From: Calcarisporiella thermophila CBS 279.70
Lineage: Eukaryota; Fungi; Calcarisporiellomycota
Assembly (NCBI RefSeq): GCF_041956535.1
Contig: NW_027192199.1
Coordinates: forward strand, 62,001 to 126,000
DNA length: 64,000 bases
Direction: 5' to 3'
The notes under the pieces were generated by a model. That model worked only from the letters and a program-made list of their open reading frames with translations. It did not search any database and was not told the origin of the DNA. Made by a program: the position numbers and the translations under genes. Below, piece by piece: positions 27,177-37,889 of the stretch (positions within the stretch are counted from its first letter, which is position 1; every line of letters begins with the position of its first letter).

Positions 27177-27595
27177 TGGAGACAGATAAGACCCTAGTGT
27201 TCGTCTATCTCACTGCATTCACGCTTATTTTATTATGGTACCCCAATTTCTGTATAGCATATTTTCAACACCTTATTTAGATTTATTCATAACCCTTTCA
27301 CCACTGTCTAATTGCACTCTCAATTAATACTTCCTCTCCTATGCTCAATGATAAATGAGATAGGTATTTTGACAGACATGAGCAAAAGATGAAAACGAAA
27401 ACAAATAATGCAAGAGAAAATGAAAGTTCGAAAAAATAGAGATTTGAGCTAATAGAAAACGTAGACGGAGATTTCCTACAGGTACAATACAAAGTCGATG
27501 AAATACTACTAAATAATAAATAATCCCAAAGAATGAGCAAAAGCATTCAAAACTTAACAGCAAAAGCACACCAAGTGCCGTGGCCTCAAACCATT

Positions 27596-29882
27596 TTACA
27601 CCATACTTCTCAGTAGCTCGGCTATCCAGCTTTCTTCCTTCAAGTCTTCCACTGCATCGTCTATATTCACTCGCCATTCATCTGGACTCTCAGCTGGTTG
27701 CGTTTTCGCCTGCCCAGAGGAATATGGAGGCAAAACCGGAGGCGCAATATCCTCTTTGTCTGTGGGCTTATCGCCGAGGCTGGGCTTCGCAATTCGAGGA
27801 GGGTTGACAAGCTCACTTAGTACTTGAAAGAGCGCAAACGACATGGGTCTGACCTCGGAAAGATTTTTAAGCGTCTGCTCGTGCAACGGAACAATCGCCT
27901 TGAACATGAGCGTATTTCGAATGCCGCTCTGTCCTAGGCGGATTAAGCGCGAGTGGAGGATCAACTTGACGTCCCCCTTGAACTTCCCGGTCAGTCGAGA
28001 AATCGCATGGGCTACGCACCCCGAAAATATCTTATCCCTCCCACTGGCTTCACGCAGTATCTTGATGACCTCATCAGCAGTGCGGCCAGAGCAGTTGCTG
28101 ACAATGTCTTCGAGAACGGCCAGGTGATCGACCGACCCCACCAATCCATCCTTCTCGTCCAGATAATCCGGAGGCAATAGCTCCACGGTAGGGATTTGGG
28201 CACGATGGGTTGCATCCACGCCAATTTGCAAGCCTCCGAGTGTAGGCCACGCAACAAAGGCACCCACATGCATCTCCTCCGACTCGAAGGGTTGCAAGCC
28301 TTCCGTGATGAACCGGTACATATCCTCGAACATCAGCCGCAAATTGGAACTAGGGACCTGGAGCAATGGGCCAACATGGCGTGCCATGATGGCGGGCGGG
28401 CCAAAGCGGAACCCACGCGACGCAAAGTGCTCTTGTCCGTGACGCTGAGCAGTGGAGAGACGTCGGACAAGAAAGAGCATTTGCCCCCTGCCTAGCAGCT
28501 CGAATGTTTGCGGCTGGTTTTCCTGCTGCTGTGTCGAGTTGAAAGAGAGCCTGAAAAACTTTTTATTGTTGGGCGACTTGCTGGAGGATTCGATATAGCC
28601 AGTAGTTATCATTTGGTCGTAGAGGATGCCAACTTCTTCTAGCGGAACGCCAAGGTCATGGGCCAGTCGCTGGGAGGCTTGGTGGAAGCGCTCCACAAAC
28701 GTCTTGTCCCTCGGCTTCAGGTTCTTCAAGCTCTCCATCTCTTCGCCCTCGAGCCCGCGCGAAAACTCCCTCCATGACCATGTTAGCCGGAAAAGTCGGC
28801 GGAAAAGCGAGTGCCCGGGAGACAATTCAGCATCATGGCCCATCTTGTAAAATTCATTCTCGATGGTGTGAACCGGGATCATTCCGTGATTATAGACAAG
28901 GATACGGCCCATCTCGTCGAAGTATACACATGCCAACACTATCTTTTTTACGCGCTCCCTCAATTTTCTAGTGCGCCGTTGGGCCAAAATCGTTAGCAGG
29001 ATAAGCACCAGGCAAATACTCGTGGCGATGGCCGCGATCATCCCGACCATTGCCTCGGAAGTCAGCACGACATCCACGTTAATCTCGCTCCCGTTAGAGA
29101 AATAATGCGTTGCCGACATCCCACAATAATGCATCCCACAAACGGCGGCGCCCATGATGGTGGCACATCCAAACCGTTTGTACCACCGGTCTTTCCAGCG
29201 TCGATTAAGATAGAAGAATATGATAAGTGCTACGCTAGTAGCTGTAATTCCGATAAAAAACGAGGCAACGACTACGCCAGCATCATACCGAACGACATAA
29301 TAAGCTATTCCCAGCTATTTGTAAACATATAGTTAATAATAGGCGTTTTTTTTTTTTCATCCAGAGCGAAAAAATATAAAATCGAGGGTACGTACTTGGC
29401 CCACATAATGCATGGCCGGAATCGCCAACTGCAAATGATTTTTGTATACATTTCAGTATGCTTTACAAATAGATTTTAGCAAGGAGCTCGCTAAGGAGCC
29501 GTATATTTACCCCAGTCAAGCACCCCACGAGCCCAAGCCGTAGAAGCGACACATCCGCTACACTCCCTACAAAATAAAATCCAACCCCTACAGCGACGAT
29601 TGCAACAAGGAGCGAGAGTAGGGTAAATCCTGGCGTGTAAATAAGTTGCGCATTTCCAAGCGTAAGCGCGTTATTTCCAATAAAATGCATTGACCAGATC
29701 CCGCATCCTCCCATGGAGAGCGCAGAGCCAAAAAGGAGGAGCCAGTTAATGAGGCCTCCTCGACCCGTTCGACGATGCAAGAGCTCAAGCGAGGTGTACG
29801 CACCAATCACGGAGACGATGTAGGAAAGCACGATAATAGCGGGCTGGAACCGCTGAGGCAATTCATGAAAGCTTGGGTCCAT
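27596..29882 (-). CDS. MHYT-domain membrane sensor protein with uncharacterised cytoplasmic C-terminal region, 3 exons
   Basis: IVLSYIVSVIGAYTSLELL start, three motifs WSMHFIG / PAMHYVG / CGMHYCG in hydrophobic helices, then about 460 soluble residues. Confidence 0.88.
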
Positions 29883-31340
29883 TTTTATGCGGGCTTGTTC
29901 TTTTTTGCCGATAGGGAAAAAACGAGAGAAATAAATAGAGATAAATAGAAAGGACTCGAGGTGCAATTAGAGGAAGATATTAGAAAGAAGACATAAGCAG
30001 CGATAACGGGGAAGGCAATGCTGAAATGAAGCGAAATAAATTCTTGGCATCAAAAGAGGGAGGAGCCTGAGCTTCGGGAATGGAATGGAGGGCGGTTAAA
30101 ATAGGGAGCTTCAAGGTGCCAAACTGGTTCAACCGTTGCGCAGGAGTCAACCCCTCACAACATAAATAAAAGGAGGTTTAATTTATCCAAAACTGAGGAT
30201 AAGGCCGCATTGCATTATTTATAAACGATTTTCAAACGCTCCCAGTGCAGAGAGAATTCTCAGCGCGCTGGTTTTTTCCGATAATGAACACATCATAGAG
30301 GGAAAAATGCATTTGGCGGAGAAAAGCCGGCCACCACTTAGGCTATGGGACCAAGCGCGCCAACAAACATTCTCACATTGATACGGATCAAACCGGTTCT
30401 CAGAAAGCTTGTTTTTTTCCCCCTTGTTGTTGCCACCAAAATCTTTGCGAGGCTTGCAACAACAAGTTTCAAAAATCAAGATACTGGCCCTGTGTTGAGC
30501 CTCTCTCTACAGCTTGCCCGCTCCAATTGCCATTATATAAGCTCTTTTTGGACTTTAGCCGGCAGCCATCAAATTCCGGTTCGTGAACCGTGTCACTAGT
30601 GCTTGGTGCAATTGCCATCCTGCTTGGCGGGAGAGGTGTCGATCAAAATGAAAAAGGCAAACAATTGTCAACGGTTGGGATATCGATTGCCTAATGCCGT
30701 AATATGGATTTGACGTTTCCCGTTTTTCTTTGGCATAAGCAATGCGAGGCTCAAAAGCCACCACTGTAGATTCAATTAGCCCTGGAGAGCGCCTTTCTCT
30801 CCGGTTCTTAGGGCTTATTCGGCGATAAACGACAGGGCTGAACGAGTGTACACAGTCGGTCCTGTTTTCGATCACTCTGAGTTAATGATCGCTATGAGCA
30901 CAGCGAGGTAACATACAACAAAAGCCAAAATCGTCCTGTTTCCAGCCCAACAGCTAATGGAAATGGGGTGCTCAGCCCTCTCACTCTCCTCCTTTCAACC
31001 TGTGGGTTTTTCTTTTTTCACAAACTTCCTCAACGCCGCTTGCCCGACGTTATCGCTGTCGGCCCAATAGCACAAACTTTCACAAGGTGTGTTGAGAAAG
31101 CATAGAGAGGAGAGTAGGAAGATAAAACGCACTCCAATTCGATCGTTACTGACGCGTAGAATTAGGTTCAGACACGCGAAAACAAACTTGTTTTTCATAT
31201 TCTTAGAAGTTGGGAAAAGGGCTTGGAGGCTTGTTTCTGGAAAGACTTCAAGCTTGAGAGCTGCCCGTATTCACGGTGGCTTGAAAAAAAAAATCCAAGC
31301 CGCCAAGAAACATTTTTGGATATACTTTCCGTAGAAATGA

Positions 31341-31637
31341 CCCTTTTTCGATAGAGATCAACCCCTTGTGGTGGTCACGCAGAAGGGCAAACGGCGGCGC
31401 CCCAGATCTCGGACTCTACAGGGGGTATTGAGATGCAATGACATGGCGTTCGTCGACTTCGTAACTCGGTGCTTATGCTGGGATCCAGAGAAGCGCCTGA
31501 AACCGGCAGAGGCGATGCAGCACCCTTGGATGACCGAGACGTGTATGTCTGGCAACGGAGCTGGAAGAAGCAATGGCCCAACCGGCAGCGGAAAGAATGC
31601 ATTGCAAAATGCGTTTGAGGCATTGCGAAATGCATAA
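31341..31637 (+). pseudogene. 5'-truncated fragment of a class-2 DYRK (Pom1/DYRK2-like) kinase: subdomains X-XI and tail only
   Basis: PFFDRDQPLVVVTQKGKRRRPRSRTLQGVLRCNDMAFVDFVTRCLCWDPEKRLKPAEAMQHPWM, preceded by an in-frame TGA (31338-31340). No kinase exons were found upstream. Confidence 0.75.
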
Positions 31638-32137
31638 GCTTTATGCTGAAAAGTACTTACACTTTGTTGCTGATGAAACATTATATCTCCTACATATAGA
31701 ACTCGAAATTGAAATAGAGTCTGGATATGAAAATTGGCTTGTGGCACGGCAGCAAACGCGAAAAATTCCATTTTTCCAATTCCAACTGTATTATCCATAT
31801 TCAACTCGTCTTTCGTGAAAGTAAAACATGCGCAATCTGAGTTTATCCTAGAAGGAACGTGCAAAAGCAACGGTTATATTAAGGATGAATTACCACAATA
31901 CGTGTAGAAAGTACATGACTTGGCCAATGGACAGAGTAAAAGGAAAAAAATTACAGTTACAAGACGAGATTCAAAATATAAATTAGATAAATATATGAAT
32001 TATAAATTATAAATATCAACTAAAATGGTCTACAATGGAAGTATTGGACGGGCGTAGCACTGGTCACCTCCCGCCGGCACTGCGCCTCTATTGAAAGGGG
32101 TATCGAGTGCGCTCTCGTACGGCTTAGCCGCTGCACA

Positions 32138-33383
32138 TCAATCAACAGCATCCTCACATTCGTCACAATCGATAGATAGATGGGGAAGCGGGGTTAGATG
32201 GCTTTCGTTGGGTACGGAAAGGATTTGTCCTGTATTCCCTACAGTGATGGGGCGTATAGTGGTTCCGACGTTCCCATGGTCGCTTCCACAGTCAGAACGC
32301 ATGTTGGCACAGTGCCAGAGGTGGAGCGAGATGAGAAAGCAGGATAGCCCCCCTAGAAAGCAGACATGCATGAGCTAGCCGGAACAAGTGCGGGTGATGC
32401 GGTGTATAGGGGTACCTACAGTCAATGTCGAATAGAGTGGATGAGCTGAACACGCGGAAATGGATGAGAAATGGTGTAATAATATTGGAGAAGGTAAGGA
32501 CGACCAGGTAGATCGTCCCGTCACGCAAGTGGACATCGAATATCGAGTTGGTTCTGACCGAGAGGATTTTGTAGCAAAATATCGCATTAAGGAAGGCGTT
32601 TTCCGCCAAAACAAAGCCAAACCATAGCATGATAATGATAGGATTAGGCAACTATGGAGGATGTCAGCAATGCACATACTTCAGTAAGCACCCTTGAGCA
32701 GCAACTTGTCTCTTTATAAGTCAGGGGGGACACTTACATTAAAACAGCCACCTAGCGGATTCACATTATACTTGGCCTGAAAGATATGGATGAAGTGGAT
32801 GACAAAGGAGCCAGCTGCTAGAATCAAACTTATGATGGGAATTAGGATGTTGCGATTGTAGGCGACGTAGGCCTTAATCGTCCTAATAAATCTTGCATTG
32901 AGTTGGGGGGAGCACGATAAGCGCAGAATGATCATTTACATGATGCCTATAATTGCATCGAGAGATAACTCCCGGGGTATATTGATGAAGTACGAGACAA
33001 TGTCGCAGTTGACATCCTTCATCCCCAGATACGGGATTACATTCGCTAGTACGCGAATAGGCCCAAAGATATTGCACAGAAGACACAACCAGTACACGGG
33101 TTGTCTGAATTTTCGCAGCATGGCCACGGAGAGGTATAGATTGAGGAGGAACACATTCAGGACAAATCCTACGGGGAAGGAGAAAAGGGCGGGTTAGATC
33201 GGTAGGGCATCCATTTCTCGGCCATCCCCACTGAACCGAGGCGGGCGGCTCTCTCTCCTCCCCGCATTGAATATAGCAGAATTGGACCCAGCGTGGCCTA
33301 CCCTCGAGGAAGGTGATTGTTTTTGCTCTGGTGACCTGGGCCCATAGCTCTGGGTTCTGCTTCACAGCGTCCATGTCGTTCAT
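32138..33383 (-). CDS. Orphan multi-pass (about 7 TM, GPCR-like) membrane protein, about 5 exons
   Basis: ORF pieces 32936-33154, 32714-32935, 32292-32651 and 32138-32371 join through GT-AG introns into about seven hydrophobic helices. There is a Cys before helix 3 (VNCD) and one in the following extracellular loop (GGCF). Confidence 0.6.
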
Positions 33384-33925
33384 GCCAGGAGAGGGGACAA
33401 GAGAAGAGATGCAAGCGGATCCTGGCTAAACGAGCCGGCCGTCCCGACCAACTCCCCCGATGTTCTGCGCAACTCTGGCTCTCTGCTGCTGTTTCTTCCA
33501 GAGCGGACTGCATATGACAAATTGACTCGGGATTGGCCAGTGCGCACTCGTCTACGGTGAACTGGTGTCAGAGTCGATTGAAACACTTTGGGGATCCTCT
33601 CTAACTCCAAACAGGGTAGCTAGCTTGATATGGATTTTTCAATTTCCTCTCTCCCGAATCAAAGCATCGCCTCTTGCGATGGAAATGGCAAATGGGCCAC
33701 GGAGAGCGAAGCGGCCCGTTACAAATGCAACCCTGGCCGACAAGCGCTTATTCAAACACTTCCGCAGAGAGTGAATCGCTAACTTTATTTCAAAGAGTCT
33801 ATCACGCGGTCTCAGACCTTCTTCCCGATCCGACAATCCGAGTCCCAATACTGGTTCGCTCAGGGTAGTTTGCCGTCTTTGTCACCCTTGGCTTTTTTGG
33901 CCCAAGTCTCGCAAGCTCGAAGCAA

Positions 33926-34410
33926 ATGGCCAGCGACCTTTCCAAAATCAAGCAATCCTTCCTAAATCATCTCAGGGGATAACTCTCCGACGATGCGCGC
34001 ATGGTTCTAAAAGGTGCGGACAGCTACAAAGCCATCAACGAATACTGGTCGGATCTCGCCGAGTTGGATACCACCGCAATAGTGCAGCCCGCGAATGTGC
34101 GTGATGCACGGCAGGTGATTGACTTCGTGAAGCATTACAGCATTGATTTTGCGATTATATCGGAGGGCACAATTGCAGCCCGAGCCACAGCGGCTCTAAA
34201 GGCGGCTTGCCCCTCGGCCCTGGCCTACTGAACACCATCAAATATAGCACAAAATCCAAGACAGTGGCCTTAGGCCCCGGCGCACGCTGCGGCGAGGTGG
34301 ACAAGCATCTGGCCATATTCGGACGAGTGGCCGTGTATCGAATGTCGGCGTGGGGGGCTCCACCCCTGGGAGAGGCTATGGGTGGAAGACCCAAGAAACA
34401 AGTGCACTTA
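33926..34410 (+). pseudogene. Decayed FAD-linked oxidoreductase (berberine-bridge/VAO-type FAD-binding domain), N-terminal part only
   Basis: AIVQPANVRD...FAI, GGH (frameshifted near 34160), TVALGPGARCGEV, VGVGGSTPGRGYGW (second frameshift near 34330), and an in-frame TAA at 33980-33982. The C-terminal half is absent. Confidence 0.8.
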
Positions 34411-34600
34411 TATTACCTAGAGCTGTGGTTTGTCTTCGCGATATGAATCGTAACCTTCCCCTACTGTCCAAAGGAATAATTAAGCGTCAGGTTGGTCGAA
34501 GATTTCGGATGAACCAAGCCACACCTAGTATTGGTTGCCTTATATCGTCATTTGGTTATCGTCTATTGGTGCGTTCACTTTCTTCCCCCCAGGTAATGCA

Positions 34601-35245
34601 ATGAATGTCCAACGCCTCTCCCAGATCTTCATTCGACAGCGATTTCACCTCCGGACGCATTCACAAGCCTTTGCCACCCAGTCCCAGACTGAGACAAAAC
34701 GCCTAAAAGGGTGGCGCAAATATGCCCATCAGTTTCGCGACAAGCCTGCTTCATATATTATCTCGTTTGCCGTATTACACGAGCTAACGGCCGTCATACC
34801 CCTACCCATGGTATACTATACCTTGAAATACACTGACTTAAAGGTCCCTTTTCCTCAGGAAGCTATTGAGGAGGGGAATAAATTCGCGTCTCGGATTAAG
34901 TCTGAATCTATCCTGTCTCCATCATTAGTAAAGACATTGACCGTTTTGCTCCACCCTGATAGGAAGAAATTTGGATACAATGAGGTTGCAGAAGACAGTC
35001 GTGTTATGCTGAATATTGCGCTTTCGTATTGCATCGTCAAGGTAGCATCTGATCATTTTCCTCATGAAAATAGCAAGAGTAACAGGAATCCTATTCTATA
35101 TTTCGATTACTTTGGTATTTTCAAGGCACTACTCCCCGTGCGTATAGCGGCAAGTGTATGGATGACACCTTGGTTCGCAGAACGTGTCATTAGCCCAATT
35201 ACAAGAGTTGCCAAATGGCTTAGGATAGTTAAAAAACAGCCTTAA
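34601..35245 (+). CDS. FLILHELTA-family mitochondrial protein (Mrx11-like), 3 exons
   Basis: Basic presequence-like N-terminus, SFAVLHELTAVIPL, and KALLPVRIAASVWMTPWFA. Introns 34900-34962 and 35042-35125. Confidence 0.85.
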   Translation: MNVQRLSQIFIRQRFHLRTHSQAFATQSQTETKRLKGWRKYAHQFRDKPASYIISFAVLHELTAVIPLPMVYYTLKYTDLKVPFPQEAIEEGNKFASRIKSESILSPSLVKTLTVLLHPDRKKFGYNEVAEDSRVMLNIALSYCIVKVASDHFPHENSKSNRNPILYFDYFGIFKALLPVRIAASVWMTPWFAERVISPITRVAKWLRIVKKQP

Positions 35246-35303
35246 ATAAAGGATTGAACATGTATCTACACTGAACCCCCCCCAAAAAAAGCCAAGGGCA
35301 GGA

Positions 35304-37740
35304 TTAAGACTGGTCAAAAAGTTGGTAGAGTAATCGGTCCAGTTGATCGCGATCGTATCGAATATATTTCTGTGGGTTTTTTGAAAACTCAGTCTGTTGA
35401 TGTCTGGAGAAAGGGGGTAAGCTTGGATCGAATTAGGCAAGGCTGGAAGTAAACAAGCTTACCGATCAAGAAACCGGGTATAGAGCGGCATGATGACCCG
35501 CCGAACGTCGGCAATAACTTGCTGACGGAGCTCTGTGTCGGGTATTGCATACGCTCGTTGAGTGCGATGCAACTCCTCGAAATCTGTGTTGAAGTTTTTG
35601 AATCTCTCCTTGACCGATTGTTTATCGTTGGAGCGAAGCCCACCGCCCCGAACAGGGGTGACATCCATCAAATTCTCCAAGATTGGATTCCAGGTGTCCT
35701 GATACGCATCCATTTGTTTCTTGGTCATCCGTTCATATCGCTCCACGCAGCCGGTAGGCTCAAGGAGGCTTTCAAGTCCACAAGATCGGATCTGCCTCAC
35801 GATATGACGGAAATTGTTCATGAGGAAGATGGCGGCGAGCGCAGGGCGTTTATAGGACTTAGATCGAGTCGTCAGAGTGGTTACGAGAGCATCCATCACA
35901 TCCACTATGCAAAATGTAAATGGCAGTGATTAAGTCCAGTGAGTCACCGGGTAGCGCAGAAGTTGCTAAAAGTTACCACAAAAGTGCCTCAGCATTTCGT
36001 TGCCTGGGGGCCCACGCGTGTCGGGGAGATAGAGTTCGTTGCCCTCCGGGTTGTTCCATGCCCCATCCCCGATGACCTCTAACAACGATTCTACTGTGGG
36101 CCGATAATCTAGTATTCGCTTCAGATAGTTGACAGTATTGCTGGTGAGCTCGCTCACAGTTCCATCATTCGGTAGCGCTAACACACGGCCATTGCGCTCT
36201 TTCACTTCTTGCATACACTCAGCAAAGGAGCGCATTGCAGTGTTTCGAACATCGCGGACAAACTCCAACATATCGTCTTCCCTCATCTCTGCCAACTAAG
36301 GAAAAAAAAAATAGGAATTTGAGCAAGGTGGTTTAATAAGCCCCACAGCTATAGTGAAAGCGAAACTAGCTTATTTACCCGCAACATCTCTTCAAACTCG
36401 GGTTTCTTCTTTTTGAGCAATTCAAGCACATCATAAACACTGAAGATCTCCCGTTGCAAATCTCTACGCGATCGTGCCAGCAAATCCCTTCCACTTTCAA
36501 GCCAGGTCGTAAATGCCGGCTGGATAGTGCCTCGGAAGACGTAGGATGTCTGCTGCTCTTTTATGATTTTAGATGCAAAACGATGTTCGGCTTGCATCAA
36601 TTTTAGCAGGCAGTGCGTTTGAGAAGCATAGTTAGAGGTTGAACGTAAGAGAGGCTCGAGGGTGCGGGTGATATGGGCGGACCGAATCTCAATATAGGTT
36701 TTGGTATATTCGGGAGCGTAACCAGTTTCGGACTCGGATGAGGAGAGATACACAGTTAGACTTGAGAGTCTTTCTAAAGCCTCTGTGGAAGGAGAAGGTA
36801 TCTCAGCATCTTGAATAAAGGAGAAAAGCGGTTATAAAATTATGGATCAACACCGGTGAAGAGTTTTAAAACCTTCTCTCTGGATGCTTCGCACGTCCAA
36901 TGGTTTGCTGTTTGCTGAGAGCCATTTCCGAAACAGGTTCTCGAGTTGCATCATCGCTGTCTTGAGCAATTTTTTCTGATATCAAGCAATGAATAATATT
37001 AAAGATCTTCCTGGGTGTCTATCTAGGGTGTAAATATACCAGTTGCCCGATCACGTTTTCACAACTCCTAAGACGTGCTTTGGATAAATATTCGAGCGCT
37101 TCCTTAATCCGATTGATGGATTGTAAATAAGGAACTAGGTTCGAATCATCGGGGCTAAATAAATAAATTCAATAAGGGGTGCAAATCTCCTCTCAAAATA
37201 AAGCCAATATACCCTTTCTGAATATAAGACTCTTCTTTCGCAGCCAAATCGAAGTACTTGATAAGAGATTCCATGGATTTAAGTGTCATATCAATATCTA
37301 GAATGGTTTTTTTTTTCAAGGAAACTGTTAGCTAACTAAATGATGGATCGAAAAAAACAAGTGACTTCAACATACTGTCTGAGAGATGCGTGAGCCGCTG
37401 AGTGGATTTATGAATAGGCAATATGGAAGACTCGAGTTTGACGAGCCGATCATCAAATGTGTCAAGCATGCTAACCTATCCAAAAAATGAGCATTTTTCA
37501 AGCCTTCTCTTTATGAAGTTAGTCTAAATGGGTTTTAAATACCATTTTTTGTGTTAAATCGTTGGATTTTTTCAAATTCTCTTGCAAGAAATCTAGATCT
37601 GCCTTTTCTTCGTCCAATCGCGCCAATGCAGTTTTGTGGTCTTGAAGACCAGATTGTGTAGAGCTAATAACAACTATAATTAATTTTACCCTTCTAGCAA
37701 TATAATAGATTGTATATACCTCTCTGCTACTGATGGCATT
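35304..37740 (-). CDS. EXO70: Exocyst complex subunit Exo70, multi-exon
   Basis: MLDTFDDRLVKLESSILPIH, LPNDGTVSELTSNTVNYL, AIFLMNN, KERFKNFNTDFEE, YAIPDTELR, FSKNPQKYIRY. Stop at 35304-35306. Confidence 0.93.
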
Positions 37741-37889
37741 TTTAATATCCTTTTTGTATGTAAAATTGTCAATTGAACTCCAATTATCCCTCTCCAATCT
37801 GTGACTACTTTCAATTTTGCGGTAAAATAGAGTAGACGCGACGCGTTTATCCAATACCTAATTATTAAAACGTTCCAGCAATAGCCATA
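37741..37889. promoter_or_regulatory. Bidirectional promoter EXO70 / GCP3 with overlapping MCB-type sites (ACGCGACGCGT 37836-37846) and TGTGACTA (37800-37807)
   Basis: Divergent ATGs separated by 149 nt; motifs read directly. Confidence 0.6.

Noticed and set aside
29900-31340. Several 65-105 aa ORFs upstream of the MHYT gene
   Set aside because: No motifs and no kinase exons; treated as promoter/intergenic DNA.
31358-31870. 170-aa minus-strand ORF
   Set aside because: Antisense to the DYRK fragment and its 3' region; no protein-like features.
37138-37152. GGTTCGAATC, resembling a tRNA T-loop/B-box
   Set aside because: It lies in an EXO70 coding exon, and there is no cloverleaf around it.
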